A DNA stretch of 64,000 nt, taken from Sphyrna mokarran. Lineage: Eukaryota. The stretch is from positions 68,386,001 to 68,450,000 of the forward strand of contig JAGIQG010000006.1 of the NCBI GenBank assembly GCA_024679065.1. The letters run 5' to 3'. The notes under the pieces were generated by a model. It saw only the letters and a program-made list of their open reading frames with translations, was not told the DNA's origin and ran no database searches. The position numbers were made by a program, and so were the translations under genes. Positions 50,950 to 63,122 of the stretch are shown one piece after another (within the stretch, counting starts at the first letter, position 1; each line of letters opens with the position of its first letter).

Positions 50950-52720
50950 TGTATTAGTATAGCCTCACCATTTCAACACACAGATAAAATGGCATTTTCC
51001 AAAATTGAAAGTAAGTTCAGTTCTGTCTAGGAGGGTTATGATGATGTGTGGAAGGATCACTAAGCTCTGGGGCTCCTTCTTGGATCGTATACTTACTTAT
51101 CGGTCCACTGCAATGGATAAGATCCAGGTCAATTATACAGGATTTCCATCACATTGCTCAATAAGCAACAGCAAGCCAGATTTCTAATTTTACACTTTGA
51201 TAGGGATTGGCATTATTCAATAGTCCCATGTCAAACTGGAAAAGTTACATAAATGAAGACAGGACTGCAGCCTTGGAGAGTGAAGGCTGGTGGAGGGGGC
51301 ACAGCTGCCTCAATTCTGTCATCCCATCAGTAAAGGAAGCCATGGGTTAACAATTATTGTCATTTATTAGTTGCCAAACAGATTCCATTCATTCAACATG
51401 TGCAACTGAAAGCTCGGTTATACTAAATCAAAATGTGGAGTTCAGAGTCACATTAGTTCAATGATATAATTCATGAGTTCTCATTCCCACAGGGCTCCAG
51501 GTGTAACATCCATGGGGTGGATTACTGCTTACCTCCAGGTTAAGGTAGCATGAGGAACAATGCAATCTAAGGTACCAATGCTTAGCTCCCCAACTTTTCA
51601 TACAAGTCACTGATTCAAAGCTTTGTATTCAGCAACCTTTAACCATTCTGGCTTTCAATATCTCTCTTCAGAGAGAAGGCAAAGATGCAAATGGATCCAG
51701 TGGTTCAGAGATCTTTTCTATGAATCCTAATTCGAGGCAAGACATGAAGCAGGTAAAGACATCTGTGCATGCAGCTCCATCGGGAAGCACTGCATGGAAG
51801 ACAAGGCCAGGGGAAGCATGAGCATCAAAAGGAGGCAGAGAAGCAGAGACCCAGACGGTGGAGCCATCTGGCAACACCATGGATCTATCATCCACAAGTA
51901 TCCTTTCTGCAAATGAGTGAGAGGCAGTACAAAGTAAAGGTGCAATTCTCCAGAGATCTGGTCCACCACTAATGCAATATGTTATGAGAAGACTTGTTGC
52001 CATGTGTGTCTGGAGGGTCCCTGCATCAGTGTCCCTGAAGGTGATGACAGTATTCTATTTCATTGCTCCTGTGTCATTCCAGGGAGCAACTGGGGACCTA
52101 TGTGGCACTTCTTAGTCAACAAGACATTGATGCATAAAAAAGATGACCGATGCCCTTTACAGAAGTGTCCATCATTATGTAAACCACGCACTAGACACGG
52201 ATAGCTCGACTCAGAGTCTCATGGGCTTTGCAACTGCGTGAGTGTTCCCATAGTGCAGGGAGAAATATACTCCAACACTGCAATAAGCAGGCTCCCTGAT
52301 AGCAGTCTTTGGTGTTTGTTAACCACAAGAGTCTCCAATCCATCAATGTGCAGTTGTTCTGTGACCATCAAAAGTGAATACTCCACATTTGTAGACAGTT
52401 CTCTGGGAATTGCAGTGATTCCTAAATCCTCAGTCATTCCCAGTTGCCTGAGATCTTTGAGGGGATGGTTGCGGGGGATAAATGTTATCCACTGAAGCAT
52501 TGTCTCATGATTCTGGTGTGCCGCCCTTGAACTCCAGCCATGGAAAGATACAACGCTGCTCATGCCACCACACAGTCCTTCATAAAGAAGACCATAGGAC
52601 TGCTGGATGCCTTGACTACTCAAGTGACTCTCTACAATACAGACCAAAGAGGGTTTTCCAAATGATCACAGTTTTCTGTGTCCTGCGCTATCTGGTTATG
52701 TGCCAGGTGAAATCTTACCA
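50950..52720 (-). mobile_element. Highly decayed L1/Tx1-like LINE (endonuclease to RT)
   Basis: ORF 52219-52647 starts 'VCIVESHLS' (cf. APE 'ICLQETHL'); downstream 'LPDGST' linker-like and a weak 'FPV..G....C..S'. Weak overall. Confidence 0.4.
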
Positions 52721-53154
52721 AGGGTGAACGGAAGGACTAATACCTCCGGAAAAGATGAAGTTAAGGAAGTGCAGGAAGCTAGTGGGGGGGTGGGGGGGGG
52801 AATGGTAAGAGACAGCATGAGTGCACTGATACCATTGAGGAGGAGAGGGTATGGGAGCCATACACTTGACATCCTCATAGCTGAATGATCCAAGAAGTTT
52901 AAAACTAAATACAATAATCAGGAGACATCTCCTCAAATTCTCCCATTTATTTTGTGACTTCTGAGGGTATACCCAAACCATCACTGAGAGGAAATGTCCT
53001 ACATTCACACTTGGGCCCTAAAAACTCATCACTCAGAGCAGGTCATAGGTGTGGTCATTGTTGTCCTGCTAATAAACTCACTCTATCAACTCAAAGTGCA
53101 GCGAGGAAGAACAGTAATGTAAGTTCAAGCTGGATGTTTCCCAAACTGTGTAAA

Positions 53155-53476
53155 AATCATTGAATCCCTACAATACAGAAGGAACCCATTCAGTCCATTG
53201 AATCTACACTGAAAGCAATCGTGCCCAGGTTCTATCCTTACCCCACATATATATTCTATTAAGTTGGGTAAATATTGCCCTTGATACTAAGGGGCAATTT
53301 AGCATGGCCAATCAACATAAGCCACACATTTTTGGACAGTGGGAGGAAACCGAAACAATCAGAGGAAATGCATACAGACATGGGGAGAATGTGCAAACTC
53401 CAGACAGTCACCCAAGCCAGGAATCGAACTCAGGTTCCTGGTGCTGTGAGTCAGCAGTGCTAACCACTGTGCCACC
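53155..53476 (-). mobile_element. HE1-type V-SINE, near full length
   Basis: Reverse: A box 'ggtggcacagtggttagc', B box 'gagttcgattcc', V-domain 'ggagtttgcacattctccccatgtctg...ggtttcctccca', CR1-like tail. Confidence 0.92.
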
Positions 53477-53824
53477 ATATTGCAAGGTTGCAAACACTGC
53501 TGTGACAGACATACGGATCAACATAGGATTCTCATTCTACAGTGCATGCCTTGATTTGGGAAAATATCAGTTTGGATACTCAGATATGCAAAAAGTCACA
53601 TATTTGATGAGCTTATGTCTTGAGACCTAACGATTGAGAACTCCCTCGTCATATACTCATAATAAAGAATTACACACATCTCCCTGACAACACACAAGAT
53701 TTCAGTAACAAGTTGCACTGAAGTTGATATCACATGAATGTTAACAATAAAAGTGGATATGTTTAATGTGAGAAGGATTGAACCTTGAAATAAGAGGATC
53801 GCAAAGACTCAAAGCAAAAGTTGA

Positions 53825-54014
53825 CTGAACAGCTGGTTCGTGATGCAAAGTGACGCCAACATCACAGGTTCAATTTGCATACCACGTGAGGTTATTCATG
53901 AAATCTCTGCCTTCTCAAACCTGTCCCTCATCTGAGGTATGGTGATCCTCAGGCTAAATCACTTCAAAGGGGAGAACAGCCTCTGGTCTCCTAGAACTAT
54001 GGTGACTTTACCTT
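53825..54014 (+). mobile_element. tRNA-derived SINE, another family
   Basis: B-box-like 'aggttcaatt'; hairpin 'tgaggtatggtgatcctca'; tail 'actatggtgactttacctt'. Confidence 0.55.
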
Positions 54015-54509
54015 TCACATACCCGCGCAATGGATTTCAAAGAGTGTGGTTTATTCACAGTGATAGAGCAGCCTGACCCTGAGGCAATGTCAAAACTCTG
54101 AACCCTACCACTACATTGTCCTGCAGCCTCGACATCTATAACAGGGTTCAGGCAGTGGAATGTCTGGCTGATGATCACCTTTCCTGTTGTGCCAGAAGGC
54201 TCTGGTCTGTTTCCTGCAGGAGGTGGTGTATGTTGGGAGAGTTCAAGGTACTTTATTCCCATGTAACTGACAACCTGATTGTGCTCGCCAGAGTGTATGG
54301 CCATGCGTTGCAGGGCTGAGTGCAAATCCAGCAGACCAATCATTTTTATGGAATTCTAAATCAATAAGTGCATTGTCATGCAATGAATTACATGTCAATT
54401 TGTGTTCTTTCATATCACTGAGGGACTCAATGAAGCACTACCAAGCAGCCATTCGGGAGAAAGCAGTGATCCTCACAGGTAAGTGGATGGGTTAATCAGG
54501 ATGAGCACT

Positions 54510-54650
54510 AACAGTACTGTGGATATACCGACACCTCTGAGATTGCAGCAGTTCAAGAAGGCAACATACCACCACCTTCTAAAAGGCAATCAGGAATGGG
54601 CAATAAATACTGGCCTTGTTAGTGAAGCCTACATCCCACAAATGAATTAC
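54510..54650 (+). mobile_element. CR1/L2-group LINE 3' end (family of 26040-26968)
   Basis: 'LQQFKKATYHHLLKGN' and tail 'gggcaataaatactggccttg...catccca'. Confidence 0.8.
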
Positions 54651-54990
54651 AAAAAAGAATATCCCTTCTGTTCCTTACTTCATTCAAACTTGTTCTCTCC
54701 ATTGTTCCATTTAACTTTTACTATGTCAGATTCAGATCCATACAACTTCTAACATGTCTTTCATCTACATGCACCACCCCTTTAAGAGGTGTGGATTAAC
54801 TTTACATGATGCTCGGATATTCTGAGTTTGGATCCCTGCTGATGAGTGCAGCCAATGATTGGCACAATCATCGATCATTCAAACAGCAGGCAGGACAAAG
54901 TTGCTATGTTCATTGCATTCAATAAATATGGCTTAATTGTACATTGTGATTCCGATGCCCATTTTTGGGTGTTATGCTACTCAGTCGCCA

Positions 54991-55594
54991 CACACAAAGG
55001 ATAGTGGGGGTGTGGAATGCACTGCCGAGTAAGGTGGTGGGAGCAGGCACGCTAGGGTTGTTTAAGGGTCTCTTGGACAGCCACATGAGCGGTCTGAAGA
55101 TAGAGGGATATAGCAGGACTGTCTAAATATCTTATTTGTTTCCACAGGCAATTCAGTCCACCTTGTTGACCAACAAGGTGCATGCATTCGGCAGGTCGTG
55201 CGAGGGCTGCTCTTGGATGTTGCTTCAGGAGTGGCCTAGTGCTTCAAGTCGTTAGTGTATGCTTAAACTGGACCATCTGATGGGCAACATGACAGCTCAG
55301 AGACTATCGCTGTTGCTGTGCAGACACATGGATTTGGGCCTGTGTCTGCGGGAGTTTGCGCGTTCTCCCCGTGGTTGCGTGGGTTTTCTCCGGGTGCTCC
55401 GGTTTCCTCCCACATCCCAAAAATGTGCTCTTAGGCTGATTGGGTAACAAATTGTTCCTATATTGGTCCCTATATGGGAATCTTCCACAATAGGCATAGC
55501 CTAAAGTCATGGATATGTCATTAAGACGTTAGGACGGCGGCGTGGGCTCGTTGGGCCGAAGGGCCTGTTTCCCATGCTGTGTTGCTGTGTTTCT
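54991..55594 (+). mobile_element. Young CR1 3' fragment with a long 3' UTR containing a V-SINE-derived segment
   Basis: 54992-55126 is open: TQRIVGVWNALPSKVVGAGTLGLFKGLLDSHMSGLKIEGYSRTV*. V-domain at 55344-55414; CR1 tail 'gggccgaagggcctgtttcccatgctgtgttgctgtg'; CpG-rich throughout. Confidence 0.8.
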
Positions 55595-56199
55595 TTTGTG
55601 AATTGCTGAAGAAAATTTTGATTCAGAAAAGACTGCATACATTTCATTGTATTAAGGAGACGATGCGTATTCTCTTTAAGTTATAGCTATTCTAACCATA
55701 ATCCTCCAACAACTATTATTTCATTTAGATCTTGTGTACCCATTAAGACACAACCATTACTGAATGATACATAAGTGGATTATTTCTTGCTTTCTGTTAC
55801 ATATTGCAGAAGTGGCGATATGCATAAAGTAGCAAATATTTCACTTAGGCACACTCTATTTTCCCTCAGAGAATTATTCCAGATGGACTACTTTGCACTA
55901 TAATTAAATCCAGCACTTTACACATTGGCTACTAATGTAATTTTGTGAAGATTTTGATTATGGTGCCTACTTCAATACAACTGTGAACATTGAAATGGTA
56001 GAATAAGAACATGATGAGAAAATGTGTATGTTTATTAAAATGCTATGTTAAAAAAATGACAGGATGCAAATGACAAAATTAGTGATGAGCATTTTGTTTT
56101 CTGGCGAGGAAGACGACAGTTGAGCTGTGGAGATTTATGGTTCAACATTATCATATCATTGAGAAGTGAGAATTGAATCTGATGCTGCGTTAATGTGGA

Positions 56200-56490
56200 A
56201 CGGATGTAACTACCCGCTGAATTTGAGAGCAGGACAAATGATGGCTAATGGAGGAACTAAGGAGAAAAGCCATAGAGGGGTTAGAAAATAGGAACAGAGA
56301 TTTTGAAGTTGATTTACTAAAGAATAGGGAATCCATAAGGTTGGGTGAAGAGGGTGCGACATACGCAAGGCATTATTTGAGTCATGTCGTGGCATCCTGG
56401 ATGAAATGTCTTGTGGAAGGTAAAGGTGGGGAATCCAAAGCAGGAACTTGACAAATCAAACCTTGCAGATCAGCAAGGTTTCATCAGCCA
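56200..56490 (-). mobile_element. Old L2 fragment
   Basis: 'agccatagaggggttagaaaataggaacagagattttgaagttg' is the reverse of the L2 'NFKI....F..L.GL' region. Confidence 0.45.
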
Positions 56491-58229
56491 ATGGGTAATT
56501 GGGATAAATTGTATGTGTACACCATTGAAAAAATGGCAAAAGGAGAATTTGGAAAAGGAATGGAGAAAGCAGAAGAAATTTTACTCAGGACTGAAGACAA
56601 CAAGAAATTTCAGCGCTTGTGACCACATTCTGAGTGAGCAATCAAGAAATTAACAAAATTAGCAAGAAAAAAAAGCAAGTAGTGGAGAGTACTAAACAAA
56701 GTGGTTTGAGTTTTACTGATGAGGGAATGAAAAGAGGCAACTCTTGATTTAATTAGATCAAACCTGAGAAAAATAGACACGGCTTTCATTTCATGTATAA
56801 TATGCAAATTTCATCTTGATTTTCCTGTATAAATGTGATGGGAGGACGTAGTACCATCTCCCCAAATTCTGCATGGCTAAGTCAGCCTAGATGCTGGGCC
56901 CTGTATCTCTGTCATGGCTGTTGGCCAGGTTCAGCAGCCCTGCCAACTGGTGGCATTAATTATTGGGGGCATGAAGTGAGTGGACTTTTCTGTGCCAAGG
57001 ATTCCCTTAGGATTCTGGAGCATTTTCAGTGGGCTCACGGGGGGAAGGGGATGCGGTGAAGTGAGCGTTGCAGACACAGAGCGGATGACATGCTGGCTCT
57101 CAGGCAATGGGAAAAATATGTGAAAACTGGGAAATAAGCTAAAACTGGTCTTGTCTACCTTAAAATGGGATGCCAGTTTGGCCCAGTGCTCATATTTCCT
57201 AGTTCTTACCATTCTTTCCCATTAGGGATGCTGGATTGAGGTATTAAGCTCTTAAAAGTTTGATTTATATTATCTTCTCAAGGTAACTTTTCTCACTTAA
57301 TATATTTGGTGCCATGAAATAAAGACTCACTGAACCGTCAGGTGCTTGCTGTGTTTTTGCCTGCAATACATAATCATTTTACAAATCAACCTATCGGTTA
57401 TTCCTTTTGAATAATGTAGGAGCAATATATGGTGGTTGCATGTGGAGAAATCATACATCCTCATTAATCTATGAATCAAATAATTCTTTTGGAATTATGT
57501 TATGTGGTTTTAATAATTAACTCTCCTTATACAATCATAAATAGGAATGAATTTTGACAGGAATATCACATATTTGTACGTCAGCTAACAAGTCATCAGT
57601 CCATAGATTGTTTTACGCATCAGAAAAAAAACTACAGTGCTAAAGAGGATTAGAAATATATGTTTTTGATATCAGCATGAATATAGAAGAAAATGAGTTT
57701 GTCTTTGAATTAACTAAAAATTAAGTCACAGCAAAGGAACTACCAGTCAACCTGCTTTTTCACTCTAATGAGCCTGACCTCATTATATAAAATAACATCA
57801 CAAAAATTATCACTTTACCTGTAATGGAGACAGGTACTCCACCACTCTTTAATTTTAAATTATTATCTCCCCTTGATATTAGAAGCAAATTATTCAGGGC
57901 TATTGATGCAGTAGAACTGGTAAAATAGTTCACAAGTATTGAAAATATAAAGAAAAGAATTTCTGCATTATTATTCAGTTTAATGGAAGTTAAATGAGAA
58001 ATTATGAATTGATCATAAATTGCTAAGTAATTCAGAGCACTGTGATACAATGGGTACAATGATTGCAAGTATCCAACACATTGGTGTGGTGTGTCTAGTG
58101 TATGGGTGGAAAGAGTTAGCATGCTTTCCACATTTATGTGCTGGCTTGCTTCTCACTTACAACCTACACCACTGGCTAGCAGCAATACAAAGTAGAGAGT
58201 CACATGTTTAAGTCTGTCTCTGTCTGACT

Positions 58230-60410
58230 CTGCATCAGCAAGTCCTCAGCTATGGCCGCTCATGGTTTCAGAAGGAAACTGGATCTCTAATGACCCCAGG
58301 TCAATGCTTCAGAAGAGCTCTAGGCCCCAGACTTGCAACGTGTAAGTTCACTTGTCGCCCTTGAGCCAAACTTCCAGCTTTGGGAGATGGCTCCAATGCC
58401 TTGTGGATACCTATGGGAGAGTTGACGATTAAAGGAGTTATCCCCAACCAAACATTCTGGAATGGAGCCCAAAGATGAACTGATGCCTAAATCCATCAAC
58501 TTTCTTGAAATTCCTGCAACCAGTCCAATGCCAGATGAATGCTTCACATTCCTTTGGTCTCAACAAGAAGATCGAAAGATCTTCATAAATTCCATTTTCA
58601 TTGCAGAGTATCAACATAACATGGGAGACAGCAGTCATTAGTGATAAGGCCAATGTGATTGGTGTAAAGAAGGGTGTGACAGGTTGTGTCTGACAATTGC
58701 CAGGACAATAGCATCCCATTGGTCAATCATTGCCAACATCAAGTTGGATAACCCTTTAATAAGATGCTGATTCTCTGATCTTTCTGTTTACAGGGCAGCT
58801 TGGAACTTAACATTTCTGCTCAACAAATTAACTGAATCCAATACACCAAACAATTGAAACAAGGGAAAAGCTGCTAACTCTTCAATTGGCAAGCTGGAAC
58901 ATCAGGACCATTTGCAGAAGATGGACAGACAATTTGAAGCAAGTCAATAAAGTATGCAAAACCGTTATGATTGAGATAGAATTCGATAGGTTGAACATTG
59001 GCAAAGCATCCCTATGAGAGATCAGGTTCACTGAGAGCAGATCACTGAAAGAAAAAACATTACACATTCATCCAGCAGGGCAAATTTTCAGAAACAACAT
59101 GTGAGCAAGATACAGGCTTACTGTAAAGAACTCATCACCCTCAATGATAGGACAAGTTTTAGGTGGTTCAGAACATGTTCTTTACATCTGCGTCTCAACT
59201 CAAACAAGGCCAGTTAACCTCATGATTATTTGTGCTCCAGTGCTGTGCTGACCATAGAGGCAAAATAACAGCTCTATGAGGAGCTTGACACTATTATCAG
59301 CAGCATCCCTTAGTTAGAATGTCTTTACCTACTAGGGAATTCCAACATAAGAGTGGATGCAGACTATGGAGCATGGCAGTCCTGCCTCGGACATGTTGTA
59401 CATGTGATGTAAAGATTGTGAACAAGAATGAGAACAAAGGTACCATAGAGATTGCAACAACCTTCAAGCTATCTCTCTACTGAATGTTGAGGGGAAAAAT
59501 GTCTGCATTGCCCTTGTGAGATTGCAGATCCTGGCTGAACTCATCTACCCAAATTCCCAATGCCAACTTTCAGAACAGGAAGATCTACAATTGCCATATT
59601 CTTAGTCTGGCAGCTGCAAGAGAAATGTTATTATTAAAGCAGACCACTATTTAATCCCTTCATCAATGTCAGTGCATTAGATAAATAATCAGAACTGGTC
59701 TATTAAGCTACTGGGGAAAACTGGCTGCCTGGTGAATTGCTCAGTGTGGTTTCCTCTTTTTATGACTACATAAGGGTAAGATCAAGTGATGGAAAATGTT
59801 ATAACCTGTTGAACATTTTGTAGTCTGCAGTGGAGTCAAATAGGGCTATGTTCTAACACCAACGTTCTTCAGAATATTCCTCTGTTGCTGCTGTCATTTG
59901 CTGCCACTGCTTTCAGGTCATCTAAAGAGGATACTTAGGTATGCACCAGAATTGACAGGAAGATGTTAAAGCTTGCCTCCCTAAGATCCAGGACAAAGAT
60001 ACAGTTAGTCTTCATCAAGAGAATTGTTCTACGCTGACAATGTCACACTAACATCCTAAACTGAAGCAAATAGACCCTCTTACACATGCAGAGAGTTTGG
60101 TTTCATCATCAGCATCAGTAAGACAAATGTTATGGTCCAAGATGTTCCCTTGCCACCATCTATCAGCATGGGCAACGTGATGCTGGAGTGGTTGATAATA
60201 TCACATATTTAAGCTCCACAATTAACAACAATCTGGCACATAATGCTGAAATCAACACATGAATTACTAAAGCTGCAGTTGCTACGTTCAAGCTAAGAAA
60301 GATAGTGTAATATGGCAACCTGATTGAGAACACCAAACTGCAATTCTATCAATCCTGTCTAACCTCACTGTTCTACAGTTTTGAGTTGTGGATAATACAT
60401 GTTAGAAAGA
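58230..60410 (+). mobile_element. RTE-clade LINE (5' UTR, APE, internal deletion, RT), decayed, 3' end lost
   Basis: LQLASWNIRTI (58880), LLGNSNIRV, DCNNLQAISLLNVEGK, YPNSQC, WQLQEKC, GVK*GYVLTPTFF, LFYADN, TYLSSTI. Confidence 0.88.
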
Positions 60411-60419
60411 CGAAAACTT

Positions 60420-61958
60420 CAACTTATTTAGAATGCCACTGTCCTTGAGAGGGAAAGAGAAAACAGGAAATTTCAGTTAGCTGAACATCAATAATAGGAA
60501 AATCCTGGAATGTATAATAAAGGATGTGATAACTGGACACTTTAAAAATATCAACAGGATTAGACAAAGTCAAGCTTTGACAAAGGGTTATCTGGACTCA
60601 AACCATCAGCTCTTTTCTGTCCTTACACATGCTGCCTGATCTGCTGAGATTTTCCAACATTTTCTCTTTTGGTTTTAGACAAAGCCAACATGGATTTATG
60701 AAAGGGAAATCATGTTTGACACTTCTACTAGGTCTTTTGAGGATGTAACTAATAGAATAGATATTAATGGACCAATGGATGTAGCATATTTGGATCTTCA
60801 GAAAGCTTTTGATAAATTCCCACATAGAGGTTAGTATGTAAGATTAAAGCCTGGGATTAGGGGTAATGTATTGGCATGGATTGAAAATTGGTTGGCAGAC
60901 CAAAGACAGAAAATAGGAATAATGTTTATTTTTGGAGAGACATGCAATGGCTGTTGAGGTCCCATAGAGATTAATGCTTGGGCTCCAGCTTTTCACAATA
61001 TACATCAATATACATCAATGACTTGGATGAGGGAACAAAATTATTTCCAAGTTTACTGATGACAGAAAACTTGGTGGAAATGTGAGCGATGAGGAGGACA
61101 TTAAGAATGATGATTTAGAGAGTTGAGTGAGTGGGAAAGTTCATAGTAGATGCAGTAATATTTGGTTATATATGAAGTTATCCACTTTGGATGAGAAACA
61201 GGATGGCAGAATATTATTTAAATGGTGATGGACTGGTAAATATAGATGTACAAAGGGACCTAGGTGTCCTTGTATATCAGTCATTGAAAGCAAGCATGCA
61301 GGTATAGCAAGCAGTTAGGGAGGCAAATAATATATTGACTTCCACTGTAAGTGGATTTGAGTACAGAAGCAAAGATGTCTAACTGCAGCTGTACAGGGCC
61401 TTTGTGAGACCACATCTGCATACTGAGTGCAGTTTTGTTTTCCTCGTCTAAGAAAATATAGATTTGTCATAGAGGGAGTGCAGTGAACATTTGCCAGACT
61501 GAATCCTGGGATGGCTGGATTGTTTTATGAGAAGAGTTGGGTTGACTGGACATGTATTCACTGGAATTTCAAAGAATCAGAGGGGAGCTTATTGAAACGT
61601 ATAAAATTTTGATAGGACTGGACAGAGATATTGTTTCCTATGGCTGGGGTCTAGAACAAGGAAATCACAGTCTCAGGATATGGGGTAGTCTATTTAGGAT
61701 TGAGATGAGGAGAATCTCCTTCATTCGAATGGATATGAACCTGTGGAATTCTCTATTGCTGTGGAAACAAGAACATTGTGGAGACCAAGTCATTGAATAT
61801 ATTTAAGAAGGAAATAGATGTCTACACTCTAAAAGTATCAAGGGGAGAATGCAAGAGAATGGTTTTGAGATAGAGGTTCAGACTTCATTACATTGAAGTG
61901 AAGCAGCCTTGAAGGGCCAAATAATCTACTCCTGCTCCTATTTTCTAAGTTTCTTTGT
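60420..61958 (+). mobile_element. CR1 LINE RT plus 3' UTR, decayed
   Basis: SQHGFMKGKSCLT, DVAYLDLQKAFDK, FTDDRKLGG, QRDLGV, LYRAFVRPHL, RIRGELIETYKI; tail 'ctactcctgctcctattttcta'. Confidence 0.93.
60574..60674 (+). mobile_element. 101-bp Penelope-like 3' end with decayed hammerhead, inserted in CR1 with a 14-bp TSD
   Basis: TSD ttagacaaagtcaa (60560-60573) / ttagacaaagccaa (60675-60688). Insert starts gct-ttgacaa-agggttatctggactc-aaacca-tc-agc, read as decayed CUGACGA...GAAACGUC. Confidence 0.75.
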
Positions 61959-62324
61959 ACCTAAACAGGTGGCATTGAGTTAAGATTGTTTCAAATGCCA
62001 CTCTATTATTTTGAAATCTGGTCTGAATATATCCCAGATCTTATAAAAATTAAACAATAATCGCTGAACACTATTCTGCGATTGAATGTAGCTGCCATTA
62101 TTAGGATTGAGTTGTTATTCTATCTGGGTGGCTTTAGTGAGAAGAGGCGCAGGACTAGAATAGACCACAATCTGTACTTTCTTTTGACTTTCATTGAGGG
62201 CCCTTTGTGATCTTCTAGGTCCCACAAGAAAAGCTTTCCCCTCAATTACTATGCAATACCCTATTTCTTGAAAATGAGATCCATGTGCAATGGCCATGCA
62301 GGTGAATTCCACCACCATCCTCCA

Positions 62325-62480
62325 AGATGTACTGATTAGGTGCATTGGCCATGCTAAATACTCCTCCAGTGTACACGAACAGGCATTGAAGCATGGCAAC
62401 TAGGGGATTTTTGCAGTAACTTCATTGCAGTGTTAATGTAAGCCTATTTGTGACATTAATGAATAAATTTTAAAACCTTA
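62325..62480 (+). mobile_element. V-SINE 3' fragment with alternative tail
   Basis: 'ttaggtgcattggccatgctaaat' as in the 53155 SINE, then the tail 'cagtaacttcattgcagtgttaatgtaagcctatttgtgaca'. Confidence 0.75.
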
Positions 62481-62985
62481 ACTTTAAATTTTAAAAATGG
62501 TAAGCCTTATTATTGTGGTCTGCTGCTCACTGACTTCCTGAATGGCGAATTCCCCCTTTTATTCATCCGGCTGGTGTTGTTGTCAAGGCTCAAGTCTTAA
62601 CCTGAAATCTGTTGCAAATTTTAAAGTTGCACTATACAAGCCAAAAAAAAGCAGCAGTTAGTTCTCATTCATGCTTGATAATGTGGATTAAGTTACTTTT
62701 TAATGTGATGTAATATGATTGACAACATCAAACAAAAAATCCAGGAAATCGATTTCATGAATCTTTTCAAGCGCATTAAATTTTGGTTAACTAGGCCCAT
62801 TTTAGCTATAGATAGTCTAACATGCTTAACAGACCTACAATATCCCAAACAGTTCCCTAGTACTGTCACCTTGGTCACTATCATTGGATAGTTTGCATCA
62901 GTAATCTTAATTTTTGATTTGTCAGTTTCTCTTTTCTGATTGTCCCATCCTTTTGTGATTAACTGGCCTCCGACACTAACATATA

Positions 62986-63122
62986 GGCTAAAAATCTTCT
63001 GTCTCGCCAGCCGTGGGCATCGTAGCGGGTGAGACAGAAAATTTGGCGGACTACTTAAAGGTTTGTTGAGCTCGGATAGGAATTTCCGGTCTTGAGTCTC
63101 TCACGGACAGAGAATCCTACCC
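62986..63122. mobile_element. 137-bp mini-MITE with 3-bp TSD (ATA), Harbinger/Tourist-like
   Basis: ATA on both sides; TIRs ggctaaaaatcttctgtc / gacagagaatcctaccc; internal hairpin ttctgtctcgcc / ggtgagacagaa; CpG-rich. Confidence 0.75.

Noticed and set aside
53400-53476. tRNA gene
   Set aside because: The A and B boxes belong to a SINE head, continuous with the V-domain and LINE tail; no cloverleaf.
56081-56182. GTGATGA...CTGA, possible C/D box snoRNA
   Set aside because: No terminal stem, and no recognisable C'/D' boxes or rRNA guide.
58200-58300. HDV-like ribozyme at the RTE 5' end
   Set aside because: Only a 'gtcctc' loop-like word; P1, P2 and P3 pairings could not be built.
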